Counted from the first letter of the stretch, positions 19,283-29,603 are shown. The stretch is 64,000 bases of DNA from Qipengyuania sp. (GCF_043423005.1 NZ_JBHWMI010000029.1:196-64195); one strand, 5' to 3'. Made by a program: numbers and translations. Notes: generated by a model not told the origin, from the letters alone.

Positions 19283-20113
19283 ATGATGCGGGCGATCCTC
19301 TCGGCGCTGGTGTGCCTCTCGCTCTGTGCCTGTTCGCAGGTGCCCGAGCGGGGCACCGATGCGCCGCGACGGATCGTCAGCCTCGATTATTGCGCCGACC
19401 AATATGTGCTGAAATTCGCCGATCGCGAAGATATCCTCGCGCTGTCGCCCGATGCGGGGAAACGCTTTTCCTACATGCGCGCGGCGGCCGACGGTATCCC
19501 CACGGTGCGTCCGCGCACGGCGGATGTCCTCGCGCTACAGCCCGATCTGGTGGTGCGGACATATGGCGGCGGGCACGACATTGCGGACTTCATGAAAGAG
19601 CCGGGCGTGCCGGTCGTGCAGATCGGCTTCCCCCAATCGATTGACGAAGTGCGGGGCGAAGTGCTGCGCGTGGGGACCGAACTCGGCAAGCCCGAGGAGG
19701 CGGCGGAACTCGTCGCCGAGATGGATCGGCGCCTCTGGGCGCTCGCCGAAAGGCCCCGGCCTCGTCGCGAAGTTCTCTACATGACCCCCGCCGGTGTGAC
19801 CGCTGGCGAGGGGACACTGGTGCACGAACTGTTCGTGGCGGCCGGCCTCGAGAATTTCCAGGATCGCCCCGGCTGGAATCCCCTTCCGCTCGAACGCCTC
19901 GCCTACGAGCGCCCCGACCTGATCGCGGCGGCGTTTTTCGAGAGCGCGACCAACCACGTCGACAACTGGAGCGCGGCGCGCCATCCGGTGGCGCAGGCGC
20001 AGCTGCGCGAACTGCCGGTCGTCCCGTTAGAAGGAGCATGGACGGCTTGCGGTGGGTGGTTCCTGCTAGACGCAGTCGAAGCGCTGGCGACATCGGGGGA
20101 GAACACGCGATGA
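19283..20113 (+). CDS. btuF: Corrinoid ABC transporter substrate-binding lipoprotein
   Basis: Lipobox LCAC, RIVSLDYCADQ, LALQPDLV. Confidence 0.82.
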   Translation: MMRAILSALVCLSLCACSQVPERGTDAPRRIVSLDYCADQYVLKFADREDILALSPDAGKRFSYMRAAADGIPTVRPRTADVLALQPDLVVRTYGGGHDIADFMKEPGVPVVQIGFPQSIDEVRGEVLRVGTELGKPEEAAELVAEMDRRLWALAERPRPRREVLYMTPAGVTAGEGTLVHELFVAAGLENFQDRPGWNPLPLERLAYERPDLIAAAFFESATNHVDNWSAARHPVAQAQLRELPVVPLEGAWTACGGWFLLDAVEALATSGENTR

Positions 20114-21087
20114 ATCGGGTGGTGTTCATCCTGCTGGCAGGTCTGGCGGGTGCGTTGGTTCTTTCGGTCGCGCTGGGTTCGGTGCCCTTGCCGCTCGACC
20201 GCGTGCTGGCTGCTCTCGCATTTCAATCGAGTCAGAGTGACGAGCTGGTGGTCTGGCAAATCCGCCTGCCTCGTGCGCTCGCTGCCGCGTTCGTCGGCGC
20301 GGCGCTGGGGATAAGCGGGGCGGCTCTTCAGGGCCTGCTGCGCAATCCGCTGGCAGAGCCGGGCATCCTCGGCGTTTCGGCTACCGCCGCGCTCTTCGCG
20401 ACTTTCGTGCTTTATTTCGGTCTCGCGACTGCCGGTCCACTCGTCTTGCCATTGGCTGCGGTCGCGGGGGCGCTGATCGCCACCCTGCTGGTGGCGCTGG
20501 CCGCGATCCGCACCCGCTCCGTGGTCACGCTGATCCTGATTGGCGTCGGCCTTTCGAGTTTCTCGGCGGCGATCATGGCGCTGCTGATGAATCTCGCGCC
20601 CAACCCGTTCAGCCTTGCCGACATGGTCAACTGGATGCTCGGCACGGTGGACAATCGGAGCTTCGACGACCTGATCTTCGCGCTGCCCTTCATGGCGATC
20701 GGGGTGGTGGTGCTTCTTGCATCGCGCCGAGGCCTGTCCGCGCTCGCCTTGGGAGACGAGGCGGCCGAAGGAATGGGACTGGACCTCAGGCGGCAACGGC
20801 TGGCGGTCATCATCGGCGCCGGCCTGGCGACAGGTGCCGCTGTGGCGCTTGCTGGTGCGATCGGCTTTGTCGGGATCGTCGCGCCGCATCTGGTGCGGCC
20901 TTTCCTGCGCTACGATCCGGCACGGCTGCTGGTGCCATCGGCTATGCTCGGCGCTCTGATCCTTATGCTGGCGGACATCGGCGTGCGGGTTCTGCCGACC
21001 GATAGCGAGCTCAAGTTGGGCGTGGTCGCGTCACTGCTCGGTGCACCGGTATTCATCTGGATCGCTGCGCGACGGAGGCTGGCATGA
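20110..21087 (+). CDS. btuC: Corrinoid ABC transporter permease (FecCD family)
   Basis: IRLPRAL, LQGLLRNPLAEPGILG, GAIGFVGIVAPH. Confidence 0.88.
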   Translation: MNRVVFILLAGLAGALVLSVALGSVPLPLDRVLAALAFQSSQSDELVVWQIRLPRALAAAFVGAALGISGAALQGLLRNPLAEPGILGVSATAALFATFVLYFGLATAGPLVLPLAAVAGALIATLLVALAAIRTRSVVTLILIGVGLSSFSAAIMALLMNLAPNPFSLADMVNWMLGTVDNRSFDDLIFALPFMAIGVVVLLASRRGLSALALGDEAAEGMGLDLRRQRLAVIIGAGLATGAAVALAGAIGFVGIVAPHLVRPFLRYDPARLLVPSAMLGALILMLADIGVRVLPTDSELKLGVVASLLGAPVFIWIAARRRLA

Positions 21088-21857
21088 GCATTCTGCAAGC
21101 TAGCGGTCTGAGCTACGCGGTGGACGGCAAGCCACTGGTCGTCGATGCTGGCTTTTCGCTGGAACCAGGGGAACTCACCGCGCTGATCGGCCCCAACGGG
21201 TCGGGCAAGACGACTCTGCTGCGCGTCGCGCTCGGCCTTCTCCAAGCAGAAGCCGGTTCGGCGTCAATCGATGGCGAGCCGGTCGCTCGGCTTTCGCCGG
21301 TCGAGCGGGCGCGCAAGATCGCCTACCTGCCGCAGGCCCGACCGCTGGTCTGGCCGCAACCGGTTCGCGACGTCGTTTCGCTCGGGCGGTTCGCCTATGG
21401 CGCAGCTTTGGGGCGGCTGTCAGCGGGCGATGAGGCGGCGGTTTCTCACGCGATCGGGGCCTGCCAGCTGGACGGTTTCGAAGAGCGGGCAGCCGATACC
21501 CTATCGGGCGGTGAATTGGCCCGTGTGCATCTCGCGCGTGCGCTCGCTGCCGAGACTCCGCTGGTCATTGCCGACGAGCCGGTCGCCGCGCTTGATCCGC
21601 GTTACCAGCACCAGACCATGCGGTTGTTTGCCTCGATGGCGCAGGGCGGGCACGGAGTGCTTACGGTCGTCCATGATCTCGATCTCGCGCTGCGTTACGC
21701 CAACCGCGTCCTTTGGATGCACGAAGGGCGGATTGTGGCGGATGGGACGCCAGAAGATACCTTTACCAGCGAGCGTCTGCGGCGCGTGTTCGGAATCCAG
21801 GCGGAGATTTCCCGCAATGGCGCAAGTTTCCGGCTCGACATCCTGGGCCCCGCGTAA
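21084..21857 (+). CDS. btuD: Corrinoid ABC transporter ATPase
   Basis: GPNGSGKTT, LSGGE, ADEP, VHDL. Confidence 0.88.
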   Translation: MSILQASGLSYAVDGKPLVVDAGFSLEPGELTALIGPNGSGKTTLLRVALGLLQAEAGSASIDGEPVARLSPVERARKIAYLPQARPLVWPQPVRDVVSLGRFAYGAALGRLSAGDEAAVSHAIGACQLDGFEERAADTLSGGELARVHLARALAAETPLVIADEPVAALDPRYQHQTMRLFASMAQGGHGVLTVVHDLDLALRYANRVLWMHEGRIVADGTPEDTFTSERLRRVFGIQAEISRNGASFRLDILGPA

Positions 21858-21863
21858 CGCAGG

Positions 21864-23324
21864 ATGACCGGTCGCGCGATCATGCTGCAGGGCACCGGCT
21901 CGGACGTTGGCAAATCGCTGCTGGTGGCGGGGCTTTGCCGGATCGCTCGGCGACGCGGGATCGACGCGGCACCCTTCAAGCCGCAGAATATGTCGAACAA
22001 TGCTGCCGCCTGTCCGGGTGGAGGCGAAATCGGTCGAGCGCAGGCGCTCCAGGCTCGCGCTGCGGGGCTGCAGCCGTCGACCGACATGAACCCCTTGCTC
22101 CTCAAGCCCGAAGGCGACCGGCGCGCGCAGGTCGTCCTGAACGGCAAGGCGCTGCGCAGTGAAGAAGCAGCAGCGTATATGGCAAATCGGGGAAGTCTGC
22201 TTCCCATCGTGATCGAGGCATTCGATCGGCTGAGATCGGCGCACGATCTCGTTATCGTCGAGGGCGCGGGCAGCCCGGCGGAGGTAAACCTGCGCAAGGG
22301 CGACATCGCCAATATGGGCTTTGCGCGCGCGACCGATGTTCCCGTAGTGCTCGTTGGTGACATCGATCGCGGCGGGATTATCGCATCGCTCGTCGGCACC
22401 CGAGCCGTAATCGACACCGAGGATGCCGAGATGATCGCAGGCTTCGCCATCAACCGCTTCCGAGGCGACCAGGCCCTGTTCGAAGATGGCGTGCGTTTCA
22501 TCGAAGACCGCACCGGCTGGCGTAATTTCGGCATCGTGCCGTGGCTGGCCTGTGCTGCGCGGCTGCCCGCTGAAGACGCTGTGGTGCTGGGACAGGCGAA
22601 ACCGAAAGACGGGGCCATTTTGATTGCCGTGCCAATGCTTTCGCGGATCAGCAATTTCGACGATCTCGATCCGCTTCGTGCCGAGCCGGATGTAGAGGTC
22701 CGCTTCATTCCTCCCGGCCAGCCCATTCCGCGCGAGGCCGGTGCAGTCATCCTCGCAGGCACCAAATCGACCTTGGCCGACTTGGCAATGCTGCGGAACG
22801 AGGGGTGGGACTACGACATCATCGCCGCCTGGCGCACAGGCGCGCACATCGTCGGCCTGTGCGGTGGCTTCCAGATGCTGGGCAATCGGATCGAGGATGC
22901 CGACGCCGCGGATGGATTGGCAGGGACTGCGGATGGTCTGGGCCTGTTCGACATGACGACGGTGATGACCCACAAGAAAGTGGTCCGCCCCATCAGCGGG
23001 ACTACAATTGCCGATGATGACGCGGTGACAGGTTACGAGATTCATACCGGTCTTTCGCAGGGGCCTGCGCTGGAGAAGCCCTTCTCTCGCTTGGAAGACG
23101 GCGTCCTTGATGGCGCGGTCGCAGCGGGCGGACGTCTGATCGGCACCTATCTTCACGGTGTGTTTGCAAGCGACGCATTCCGTTCGCGCTGGCTTGAGAA
23201 ATTGCGTAGCGGCCGGAGCAGCACGCTCAATTACGAAGATGGTGTCGACACAGCGCTGGACGAACTAGCCGAAGGGCTCGAGGAGGCCCTCGACGTTGAC
23301 GCTTTGCTGGCGCTTGCGCGGTGA
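21864..23324 (+). CDS. cobQ: Cobyric acid synthase
   Basis: QGTGSDVGKS, PFKPQNMSNN, EGAGSPAE, GLCGGFQMLG, GYEIH, GTYLHG. Confidence 0.97.
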   Translation: MTGRAIMLQGTGSDVGKSLLVAGLCRIARRRGIDAAPFKPQNMSNNAAACPGGGEIGRAQALQARAAGLQPSTDMNPLLLKPEGDRRAQVVLNGKALRSEEAAAYMANRGSLLPIVIEAFDRLRSAHDLVIVEGAGSPAEVNLRKGDIANMGFARATDVPVVLVGDIDRGGIIASLVGTRAVIDTEDAEMIAGFAINRFRGDQALFEDGVRFIEDRTGWRNFGIVPWLACAARLPAEDAVVLGQAKPKDGAILIAVPMLSRISNFDDLDPLRAEPDVEVRFIPPGQPIPREAGAVILAGTKSTLADLAMLRNEGWDYDIIAAWRTGAHIVGLCGGFQMLGNRIEDADAADGLAGTADGLGLFDMTTVMTHKKVVRPISGTTIADDDAVTGYEIHTGLSQGPALEKPFSRLEDGVLDGAVAAGGRLIGTYLHGVFASDAFRSRWLEKLRSGRSSTLNYEDGVDTALDELAEGLEEALDVDALLALAR

Positions 23325-24268
23325 CCGCGGCATGGATCATGGTGGCAGGGCTCGCGATCGAAGCCGTGGTCGGCTGGCCCGAAGCGGTGGACAAGCGGAT
23401 CGGGCATCCTGTCCGCTGGTTCGGCTGGCTGGTCGAGCGGACAGAGCGTCTGGGCAATCGCCAATCACGGAGCAGATCGGCGCGGATCGCGACGGGCGGT
23501 CTTGTTACTCTGTTTCTAGTGGCGCTTGCGGGCTTGATCGGTCTGGCCATCCAGCTGCTTCTGCCAGCCGGATGGCTAGGCCTTGCCCTGATTGCCCTCG
23601 TCGCCTCCAGCCTGATCGCTGCGCGCTCACTGCGCGAACACGTTGCGGCGGTCGCCGAGGCGTTCGACACTACAGGGATCGAGGCTGCGCGGCATTCGCT
23701 CAGCCGCATCGTTGGACGTGCGACCGCTGAGCTGGATGAGCCCGCCATCGCCCGTGCCGCCATCGAGAGCTTGGCAGAGAACACTTCGGATGGCGTCACT
23801 GCACCCTTGTTCTGGGGTGCGCTTTTCGGCCTGCCGGGTCTGTTTGCCTACAAGGCAATCAACACGCTCGATTCGATGATCGGCCATCGCAATGCGCGCT
23901 ACGAAGCTTTCGGTAAGATTGCCGCCCGGCTCGACGATCTCGCCAACCTGATCCCTGCACGCCTGACGGGTATTCTTTTCGCGCTATGTGCCGGTTCGGG
24001 CCGGGCTATACTAGTCATGTTTCGGGACGCCGGCAGGCACCGTTCTCCCAATGCAGGGTGGCCGGAGTCCGCGATGGCGGGCGCGCTCGGCATCAGACTG
24101 TCGGGGCCGCGGACTTATGGCGAAACGACGAGCAACGACCCTTGGCTCAATTCGGGAGCAAGAGACCCATCAGGAGCCGATATCCGCCGCGCCTTGGCTC
24201 TTTATCGGTGGGTAGTCATCGCCATGGCGATCATCTTGGCGCTCCTGGGCTGGATCAACGTGTCATGA
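23321..24268 (+). CDS. cbiB: Adenosylcobinamide-phosphate synthase (CbiB)
   Basis: HPVRWFG, ESLAENTSDG, YKAINTLDSMIG, SPNAGWPE. Confidence 0.95.
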   Translation: MTAAWIMVAGLAIEAVVGWPEAVDKRIGHPVRWFGWLVERTERLGNRQSRSRSARIATGGLVTLFLVALAGLIGLAIQLLLPAGWLGLALIALVASSLIAARSLREHVAAVAEAFDTTGIEAARHSLSRIVGRATAELDEPAIARAAIESLAENTSDGVTAPLFWGALFGLPGLFAYKAINTLDSMIGHRNARYEAFGKIAARLDDLANLIPARLTGILFALCAGSGRAILVMFRDAGRHRSPNAGWPESAMAGALGIRLSGPRTYGETTSNDPWLNSGARDPSGADIRRALALYRWVVIAMAIILALLGWINVS

Positions 24269-25266
24269 CCGATCTCGACCTTGTGTCAGGCCATGGCGGA
24301 CGGATCGACGCGATGGCACGCGCGTTTCCCGGCGCGCCACTGCCATGGATCGACCTGTCGACCGGCATCAATCCGTATCCTTATCCGTTGCCCCCGATCG
24401 CACCCGATGCATGGGAGCGCTTACCGGGCGAGGTGGCCCGCGCATTCTGCGAAAGCACCATGGCGGAGTCGTTCCGATGCGATCCGTCTTTTTGCCGCGC
24501 GGTCGCCGGGACGGAAGTCGTCATCCGCCAGCTGCCGTCGATCCTGCGTGCTCAAAGAGTCGCCGTGCGCGCTCGAAGCTATGCCGATCATGCGGAAAGC
24601 TGGCGACTGGCGGGGGCGAAGGTGGTCACGCATTCCGATCCCTTGGCATTGGCCGGGGAGGCTGATGTCGTAGTAATCGTGAACCCCAACAACCCTGATG
24701 GGCATCGTTGGTCTATCGAAGCCATCGAGACAGCGCGCGCTACACTCGCCCATCGTGGTGGCTGGCTGATCGTCGACGAGGCCTATGCCGACCTCAATCC
24801 CTCGCTAAGTGCGGCTCCGTTTGCGGGACGCAAGGGGCTCATCCTCTTGCGATCCTTCGGCAAGTTTTTCGGGCTTGCGGGTGTGCGGTTGGGTGCCGTG
24901 CTCGCTACGCAGGAGATCTTGAGCAGCATCGAAGATCGCCTCGGCGGATGGGATGTGTCGGGCCCCGCGCTGGATATCGGTGCGGCAGCCTATGCTGATC
25001 ATGACTGGCAGGCCGCTACGCGCGGACACCTTGCCGTGCGAATGCAGGAGATGCACGCCCTTTTCGCGACCTCGGCGTTGGAAGACCGTGGCGGAACCGA
25101 TCTTTTCCGGTTCGTCCGTGGATCTGACGCAAATGCGCTCTGGCGGCGACTTGCTGAGCAAGGCATCGCCGTGCGCCGGTTCGTCGGGGAAGCGCATCAC
25201 CTCCGCATCGGCTTGCCCGCCGACAAAATCGCGTTTTCACGGCTTGCACGAGCGCTCAACCCTTGA
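24265..25266 (+). CDS. cobD: Threonine-phosphate decarboxylase
   Basis: HGG, DLSTGINP, NPNNPDG, VDEAY, RSFGKFFGLAGVRLG (PLP lysine). Confidence 0.9.
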   Translation: MTDLDLVSGHGGRIDAMARAFPGAPLPWIDLSTGINPYPYPLPPIAPDAWERLPGEVARAFCESTMAESFRCDPSFCRAVAGTEVVIRQLPSILRAQRVAVRARSYADHAESWRLAGAKVVTHSDPLALAGEADVVVIVNPNNPDGHRWSIEAIETARATLAHRGGWLIVDEAYADLNPSLSAAPFAGRKGLILLRSFGKFFGLAGVRLGAVLATQEILSSIEDRLGGWDVSGPALDIGAAAYADHDWQAATRGHLAVRMQEMHALFATSALEDRGGTDLFRFVRGSDANALWRRLAEQGIAVRRFVGEAHHLRIGLPADKIAFSRLARALNP

Positions 25267-25762
25267 GACGAAGGGGGAGCCCAGCGACCACGAGTTCGAC
25301 CGTGTCGGAAATCTCGGCCAGCCGCTGGTTCAGCCGTCCCTGTTCGTCGCGGAAATCGCGGCCTAGTCGATTTTCCGGGACAATGCCCGAGCCGACCTCG
25401 TTACTGACCAGCACGACATTTGCATTAGCCCGCGCAATACTCTCCACCAGCGCGTCGGCTTCCCTTCCGATGTCGAGTTCGGCAAGCATCACGTTCGAGA
25501 GCCACAAGGTGCAGCAATCGACGAGCACCGTGCCTGCGTTGACCGATGTAATCGCACGAGCGAGTTCGATCGGTGCCTCGATTGTGTGCCAGAAATTGGC
25601 ACGTTCTTCACGGTGCTGACGGATTCGCTCGGTCATTTCATCGTCATACGCCTGCGCGGTGGCGATGAACTTGTGCGGCCCCCGCATGCGGCCGCATATC
25701 GAAAGAGCGTGGCGGCTCTTGCCCGATCGAGCACCGCCGAGGATCAAATGAACCAAGCTCAT
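25256..25762 (-). CDS. cobU: Bifunctional adenosylcobinamide kinase / guanylyltransferase (CobU/CobP)
   Basis: GGARSGKS, ERIRQHR, VDCCTLWLSN, VSNEVGSGIVP, FRDEQGRLNQ. Confidence 0.95.
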   Translation of the reverse strand: MSLVHLILGGARSGKSRHALSICGRMRGPHKFIATAQAYDDEMTERIRQHREERANFWHTIEAPIELARAITSVNAGTVLVDCCTLWLSNVMLAELDIGREADALVESIARANANVVLVSNEVGSGIVPENRLGRDFRDEQGRLNQRLAEISDTVELVVAGLPLRLKG

Positions 25763-25953
25763 AGAGTGAAGCCCTCGACTCTTCGCCTCTCAGCAGCCTG
25801 GATTACGGCTCGCCTTTGGTCAGGCGACATTTCGGACCACTCTGCAATCTCATCGAGCGTTCGGCCACAGCCCGTGCAGACATTTCCATTTGCCGACAAT
25901 CGACATATCTTCTGGCATGGCGATTGCGGGTCATCAATGGTCGTTGCAGGCAT
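25759..25953 (-). CDS. DUF1289-like small Cys-rich protein
   Basis: SPCQKICRL...CTGCGRTLDEIAEW. Confidence 0.8.
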   Translation of the reverse strand: MPATTIDDPQSPCQKICRLSANGNVCTGCGRTLDEIAEWSEMSPDQRRAVIQAAERRRVEGFTL

Positions 25954-26015
25954 GAGAATGGCTCTAACTCGTGCTGGCGGGGCTGGCAAAGTGCACGGAC
26001 CTTTGCGGTAAGCGA

Positions 26016-26528
26016 ATGATGAAGCGACTTGTCAGCTACGAAAACCTTCTCTCCTGCATCACGCGAGATGAGAGCCATCATGTTGCCACGCTTGACTGGA
26101 AGGCGTTTCTGCACCTCTCTCCTATTCTCTGGCTGCGGCGTAGGGAAGCACGTGCGGCGCTGCGGAAATACCTGAGCGGGCTTCAGGGCGCCAAATGGGA
26201 AGTCGATACCGTTCGTTTTCCAATCGGAAGTCAGATCGACGAACAGGCACTGAACTCGATCACAGGCGATATCGCTGGCGCTCTAGACGCGATTGCAACG
26301 AAGGCCATGACACCGAAAGAGATCTGCGAGGCGCTCAACATTACGAAGCAGGAAAGATTGCGGTGGACCAAGGATGGTCGCCTCAAGACATCCGGGGTCG
26401 TGAGCTTCAGGAGGGCCAACACCGTAAGCATCTCGACTTACTCTGCACACGCGATTCACGAATTGATGAAAGACCATAGCGTAATTGAAGGTTGGCGACA
26501 GAAAGACCTCGATAGTCGAAAATCCTAG
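26016..26528 (+). CDS. Hypothetical protein with C-terminal MerR/excisionase-like HTH
   Basis: MTPKEICEALNITKQERLRWTKDGRL. Confidence 0.6.
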   Translation: MMKRLVSYENLLSCITRDESHHVATLDWKAFLHLSPILWLRRREARAALRKYLSGLQGAKWEVDTVRFPIGSQIDEQALNSITGDIAGALDAIATKAMTPKEICEALNITKQERLRWTKDGRLKTSGVVSFRRANTVSISTYSAHAIHELMKDHSVIEGWRQKDLDSRKS

Positions 26529-26932
26529 CCTCGAAGCTACAGCCATTGTGGTTCACAGGGGTGTAATTTGGTCAAAAACCGTGACCGACAGGGATGACGC
26601 AGATTTGCACTACAACGCGGTCGGCCGCTTTCACATGTAAGCCAATCAAAAGCGAACCGACGGCTAGCGGCCCATGATTTGTCATCGAGTGCAGGCGTGC
26701 TGACGGTCGAACTCGGGAAGTCAATATCGTATTGATGATGCCCGAAAATTAGCGTGGAACGCCGACGTCGCTGGACCTTAAATAGCCTTTCAGTGCAGCG
26801 GACAACATGGCCGCAACGCAACCCCCACGTGGGATAAGCTACGCCAGATTTCCTCCGCTTGGACAATTGGGCGCGATCGCCCAAGCAAGTTAGCTGTGGA
26901 ACAGAAGCTGCAGCGTGCCCATATGCTAAGCC

Positions 26933-28453
26933 ATGTTGAAGACCCTTCGTATCGCACGCCGGGACCGGAAGCGCTTGGAGGAACTATTCAGCGTCACTTC
27001 CCGCTATGGACTCGGCCTTCTGCTGGCGCGGATAGGGCTGGACCGGACGGGCAGCGACGATGCCGGCGACGGGTCGTCACATAGCCTGCCTCGGCGGACC
27101 CGCCTTGCCATGGAAGAGCTTGGGCCAACCTTCGTGAAGCTCGGCCAGATCCTGGCGACACGCGCCGATCTCCTATCTCCGGAATGGATCGCCGAACTCG
27201 AGCAATTGCATAGCAAGGCGCCGACGCTTCCCTTCGAGGAGTTGCGACCGATTGTCGAGGAGGCGCTTGGTGAGGCGCCCGAATGCACCTTTGCGGAATT
27301 CGATACAGAACCGCTGGCGGCGGCCTCCATGGCGCAGGTCCATCGTGCGACGCTGCACGACGGGCGCGCGGTGGTGATCAAAATCCGCCGGCCCGGCATT
27401 CGTCCGAGGGTGGAGGCTGATATCCGGCTCCTTGCGCATATTGCGACCCTTGCGGAACGCGGCAGCACCGAAGCCAAGCGCTTCGGACCGAGCCGGATGA
27501 TGCGGCAGCTTGCGGACGCGATGGTCGAGGAACTCGACTTCACGAATGAAGCGCGCAATGCTGATCGTCTGCGGACGGATTTCGCGAACGAGCCCAGTGT
27601 CGTTGTGCCCGAAATCCACTGGGAATGGACGTCCGAGACGTTGCTCGTCATGGATTACATAAACGGTGTGCCGCCGAGCAATGCGCAGGCTCTGGTCGCT
27701 GCAGGGCTCGATCCGACCAGAATAGCAGCGCTGGGCGCCGACATGGTGCTCGACATGATATTGGTGAACGGCCGGTTCCACGGCGATCCGCACCCGGGGA
27801 ACCTTCTCTGCCTGCCGGGCAACCATATAGCTCTGCTGGACCTGGGCATGGTTGGTTATGTATCTCCGCGCAGGAGAGAGGAATTCGTCAGCTTCGTGCA
27901 AGCGCTCAGCACTGGCAGCCCCGCGCAGCTCGCCGACGTGCTGACGCGGTGGTCAGTGGGCGACGACGTTCCGGCCGACCGCGTGCTCTCCGCATCCGAA
28001 CGGCTGATCGCGCGCCATGGCAGCGGTCGATTGGTTCTGGGCGCCATGGTAACCGATTTCCTAGGGCTGATGCGCGACGAGCGCATGACGTTACCACCTG
28101 ATCTTCTCCTGATCTTCAAGGCGCTGATCACGATGGACGGCGTGTTATCGAAAATTGAACCGGATTTCGACCTGACGCATGCCATGCGACGCTCTTCGTT
28201 TCGAATCGCGCAAGCGCGGTTGTCGCCCGAGCACTGGGCTCCCGTTCTGCAGGGCGTCGCCTGGGAATTGCTCAAGATCGGAGATGATGCGCCGCGCCTG
28301 ATCCGGGCAGCGATCCGCCGGTTGGAGCAAGACAGAACGCCGCCGGCTTCATCGCCTTCGGATCGCAGCCGCGCGAGTGCCGACATTCGCTGGGTTGCAG
28401 CTGCAATCGTCTCAGGCGCCGTGATCATGGCGATAGCGCCCTGGTTTTATTAA
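26933..28453 (+). CDS. ABC1/UbiB-family atypical kinase
   Basis: LGPTFVKLGQ, AAASMAQVH, VIKIRRPG, ELDF, FHGDPHPGN, LDLGM. Confidence 0.92.
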   Translation: MLKTLRIARRDRKRLEELFSVTSRYGLGLLLARIGLDRTGSDDAGDGSSHSLPRRTRLAMEELGPTFVKLGQILATRADLLSPEWIAELEQLHSKAPTLPFEELRPIVEEALGEAPECTFAEFDTEPLAAASMAQVHRATLHDGRAVVIKIRRPGIRPRVEADIRLLAHIATLAERGSTEAKRFGPSRMMRQLADAMVEELDFTNEARNADRLRTDFANEPSVVVPEIHWEWTSETLLVMDYINGVPPSNAQALVAAGLDPTRIAALGADMVLDMILVNGRFHGDPHPGNLLCLPGNHIALLDLGMVGYVSPRRREEFVSFVQALSTGSPAQLADVLTRWSVGDDVPADRVLSASERLIARHGSGRLVLGAMVTDFLGLMRDERMTLPPDLLLIFKALITMDGVLSKIEPDFDLTHAMRRSSFRIAQARLSPEHWAPVLQGVAWELLKIGDDAPRLIRAAIRRLEQDRTPPASSPSDRSRASADIRWVAAAIVSGAVIMAIAPWFY

Positions 28454-28570
28454 GCCGTGGTCGGCGAGCCCGTCGAATTTCGGTTGGGTCATTAGCTGAA
28501 TGGCAGCCTTGTGCGCTCACGCCGCTAACATCGGACAGTCGGCTTGCGGCCTCAATCCAGTCAATACCTG

Positions 28571-28864
28571 TCAGGACAGCGTTTTCGTCTGTTCGGCGAT
28601 TTGGAGCATCACGGCAATGGCCCTCTCGATATCGGCCTGCGCCAAGAAGTGCTGATAGACTTCCAGGTTTTCGTCGTAAGCACGCTCCATGTCGTGCGCG
28701 ATCCGCAAATGTCGGTGCGCACTCGCAGGATCTTCGGCTAAGACCCTTGCATAATTCCGCGCCATGTCGTGATACGCGGCCATAATCTGTCTGGCCTCTT
28801 TGTAGCTGGACACTGAAACCATCTCCCCGCGCACGGTGGTCATGGTCTTAGGCTGATCACTCAT
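28571..28864 (-). CDS. Hypothetical protein (97 aa)
   Basis: ATG overlaps the upstream stop (ATGA) after GGAG; helical composition. Confidence 0.55.
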   Translation of the reverse strand: MSDQPKTMTTVRGEMVSVSSYKEARQIMAAYHDMARNYARVLAEDPASAHRHLRIAHDMERAYDENLEVYQHFLAQADIERAIAVMLQIAEQTKTLS

Positions 28865-29352
28865 TCGTCGTCTCCTCGAAGCTGGGGGTGGGCAGTGCGC
28901 AGCTCCAACCAGTCGGCAGCTTGACCGCGGGTGGACAATTCGGGCGGTTCGATCCGCGCGGTCTGGCAGACGTTGGCGATCAGGAAACGCTGGTTGCGGG
29001 TGACAGGTCGCTTGCGCCAAGATGCGTTCGCACCCTTGTCGCCATTTGCATCCCAGCTCGCCCTTGCGGCACGATATGCAGCGCGGCGTCGCTCCAACTC
29101 GGCAGCCTTGCCCAAGACGTGGAGCTCCTCGGCGCGGGTGTCGATGATTTTGCGAATGAGTTCACCGATCGGCATGGTGGCGCGAAGGGGCTGCATCGCC
29201 TCGACGAACAGGTATTTTGTGTCCTTCGACAGCAGTGCATCAAGCGCGGGCGCATCGCCGCGCCGCAACCCGATCAGGGTCAGCACACCGCCAAGGGCAT
29301 ATTTGTCTGCATCGTCGTGATGCTGCTCGTGCGATGAAATGCGACTCGACAT
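28861..29352 (-). CDS. Hypothetical protein, possible TraD/MobC-like relaxase accessory factor
   Basis: Divergent from the relaxase; KYALGGVLTLIGL resembles the KxxLGGLxxxAGL motif of TraC/TraD-type proteins; 5' end uncertain. Confidence 0.45.
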   Translation of the reverse strand: MSSRISSHEQHHDDADKYALGGVLTLIGLRRGDAPALDALLSKDTKYLFVEAMQPLRATMPIGELIRKIIDTRAEELHVLGKAAELERRRAAYRAARASWDANGDKGANASWRKRPVTRNQRFLIANVCQTARIEPPELSTRGQAADWLELRTAHPQLRGDDE

Positions 29353-29603
29353 GCCATTGGCGTATGGCTTGGCGCATGTCCGTTCGACGGTGGCGCAATG
29401 ATGACGGCATTAGCCGGGCGGATTTTCGAACCTCGCGCTGCTTGCCATGGAAGATGTCTGCCAACCATGCTGCGCGCATGATGGCCCCGACCAGCACACT
29501 CGGACAGCGGACTTGAGACAGGGTTAGTTTTCCGAGCGGACGCGCCTTCGTCCTCCAAACCCATTGCACCACCAGTGAAGGGTGTAAGTGGCGAAGATAG
29601 GGT

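Noticed and set aside
14119..25762. De novo cobalamin biosynthesis cluster
   Set aside because: No precorrin methyltransferases, chelatase or cobB; only uptake and late steps are present
28455..28570. Possible miniature repeat element after the ABC1 kinase (similar-looking stretch near 46590-46625)
   Set aside because: No convincing alignment or terminal repeats could be established by eye
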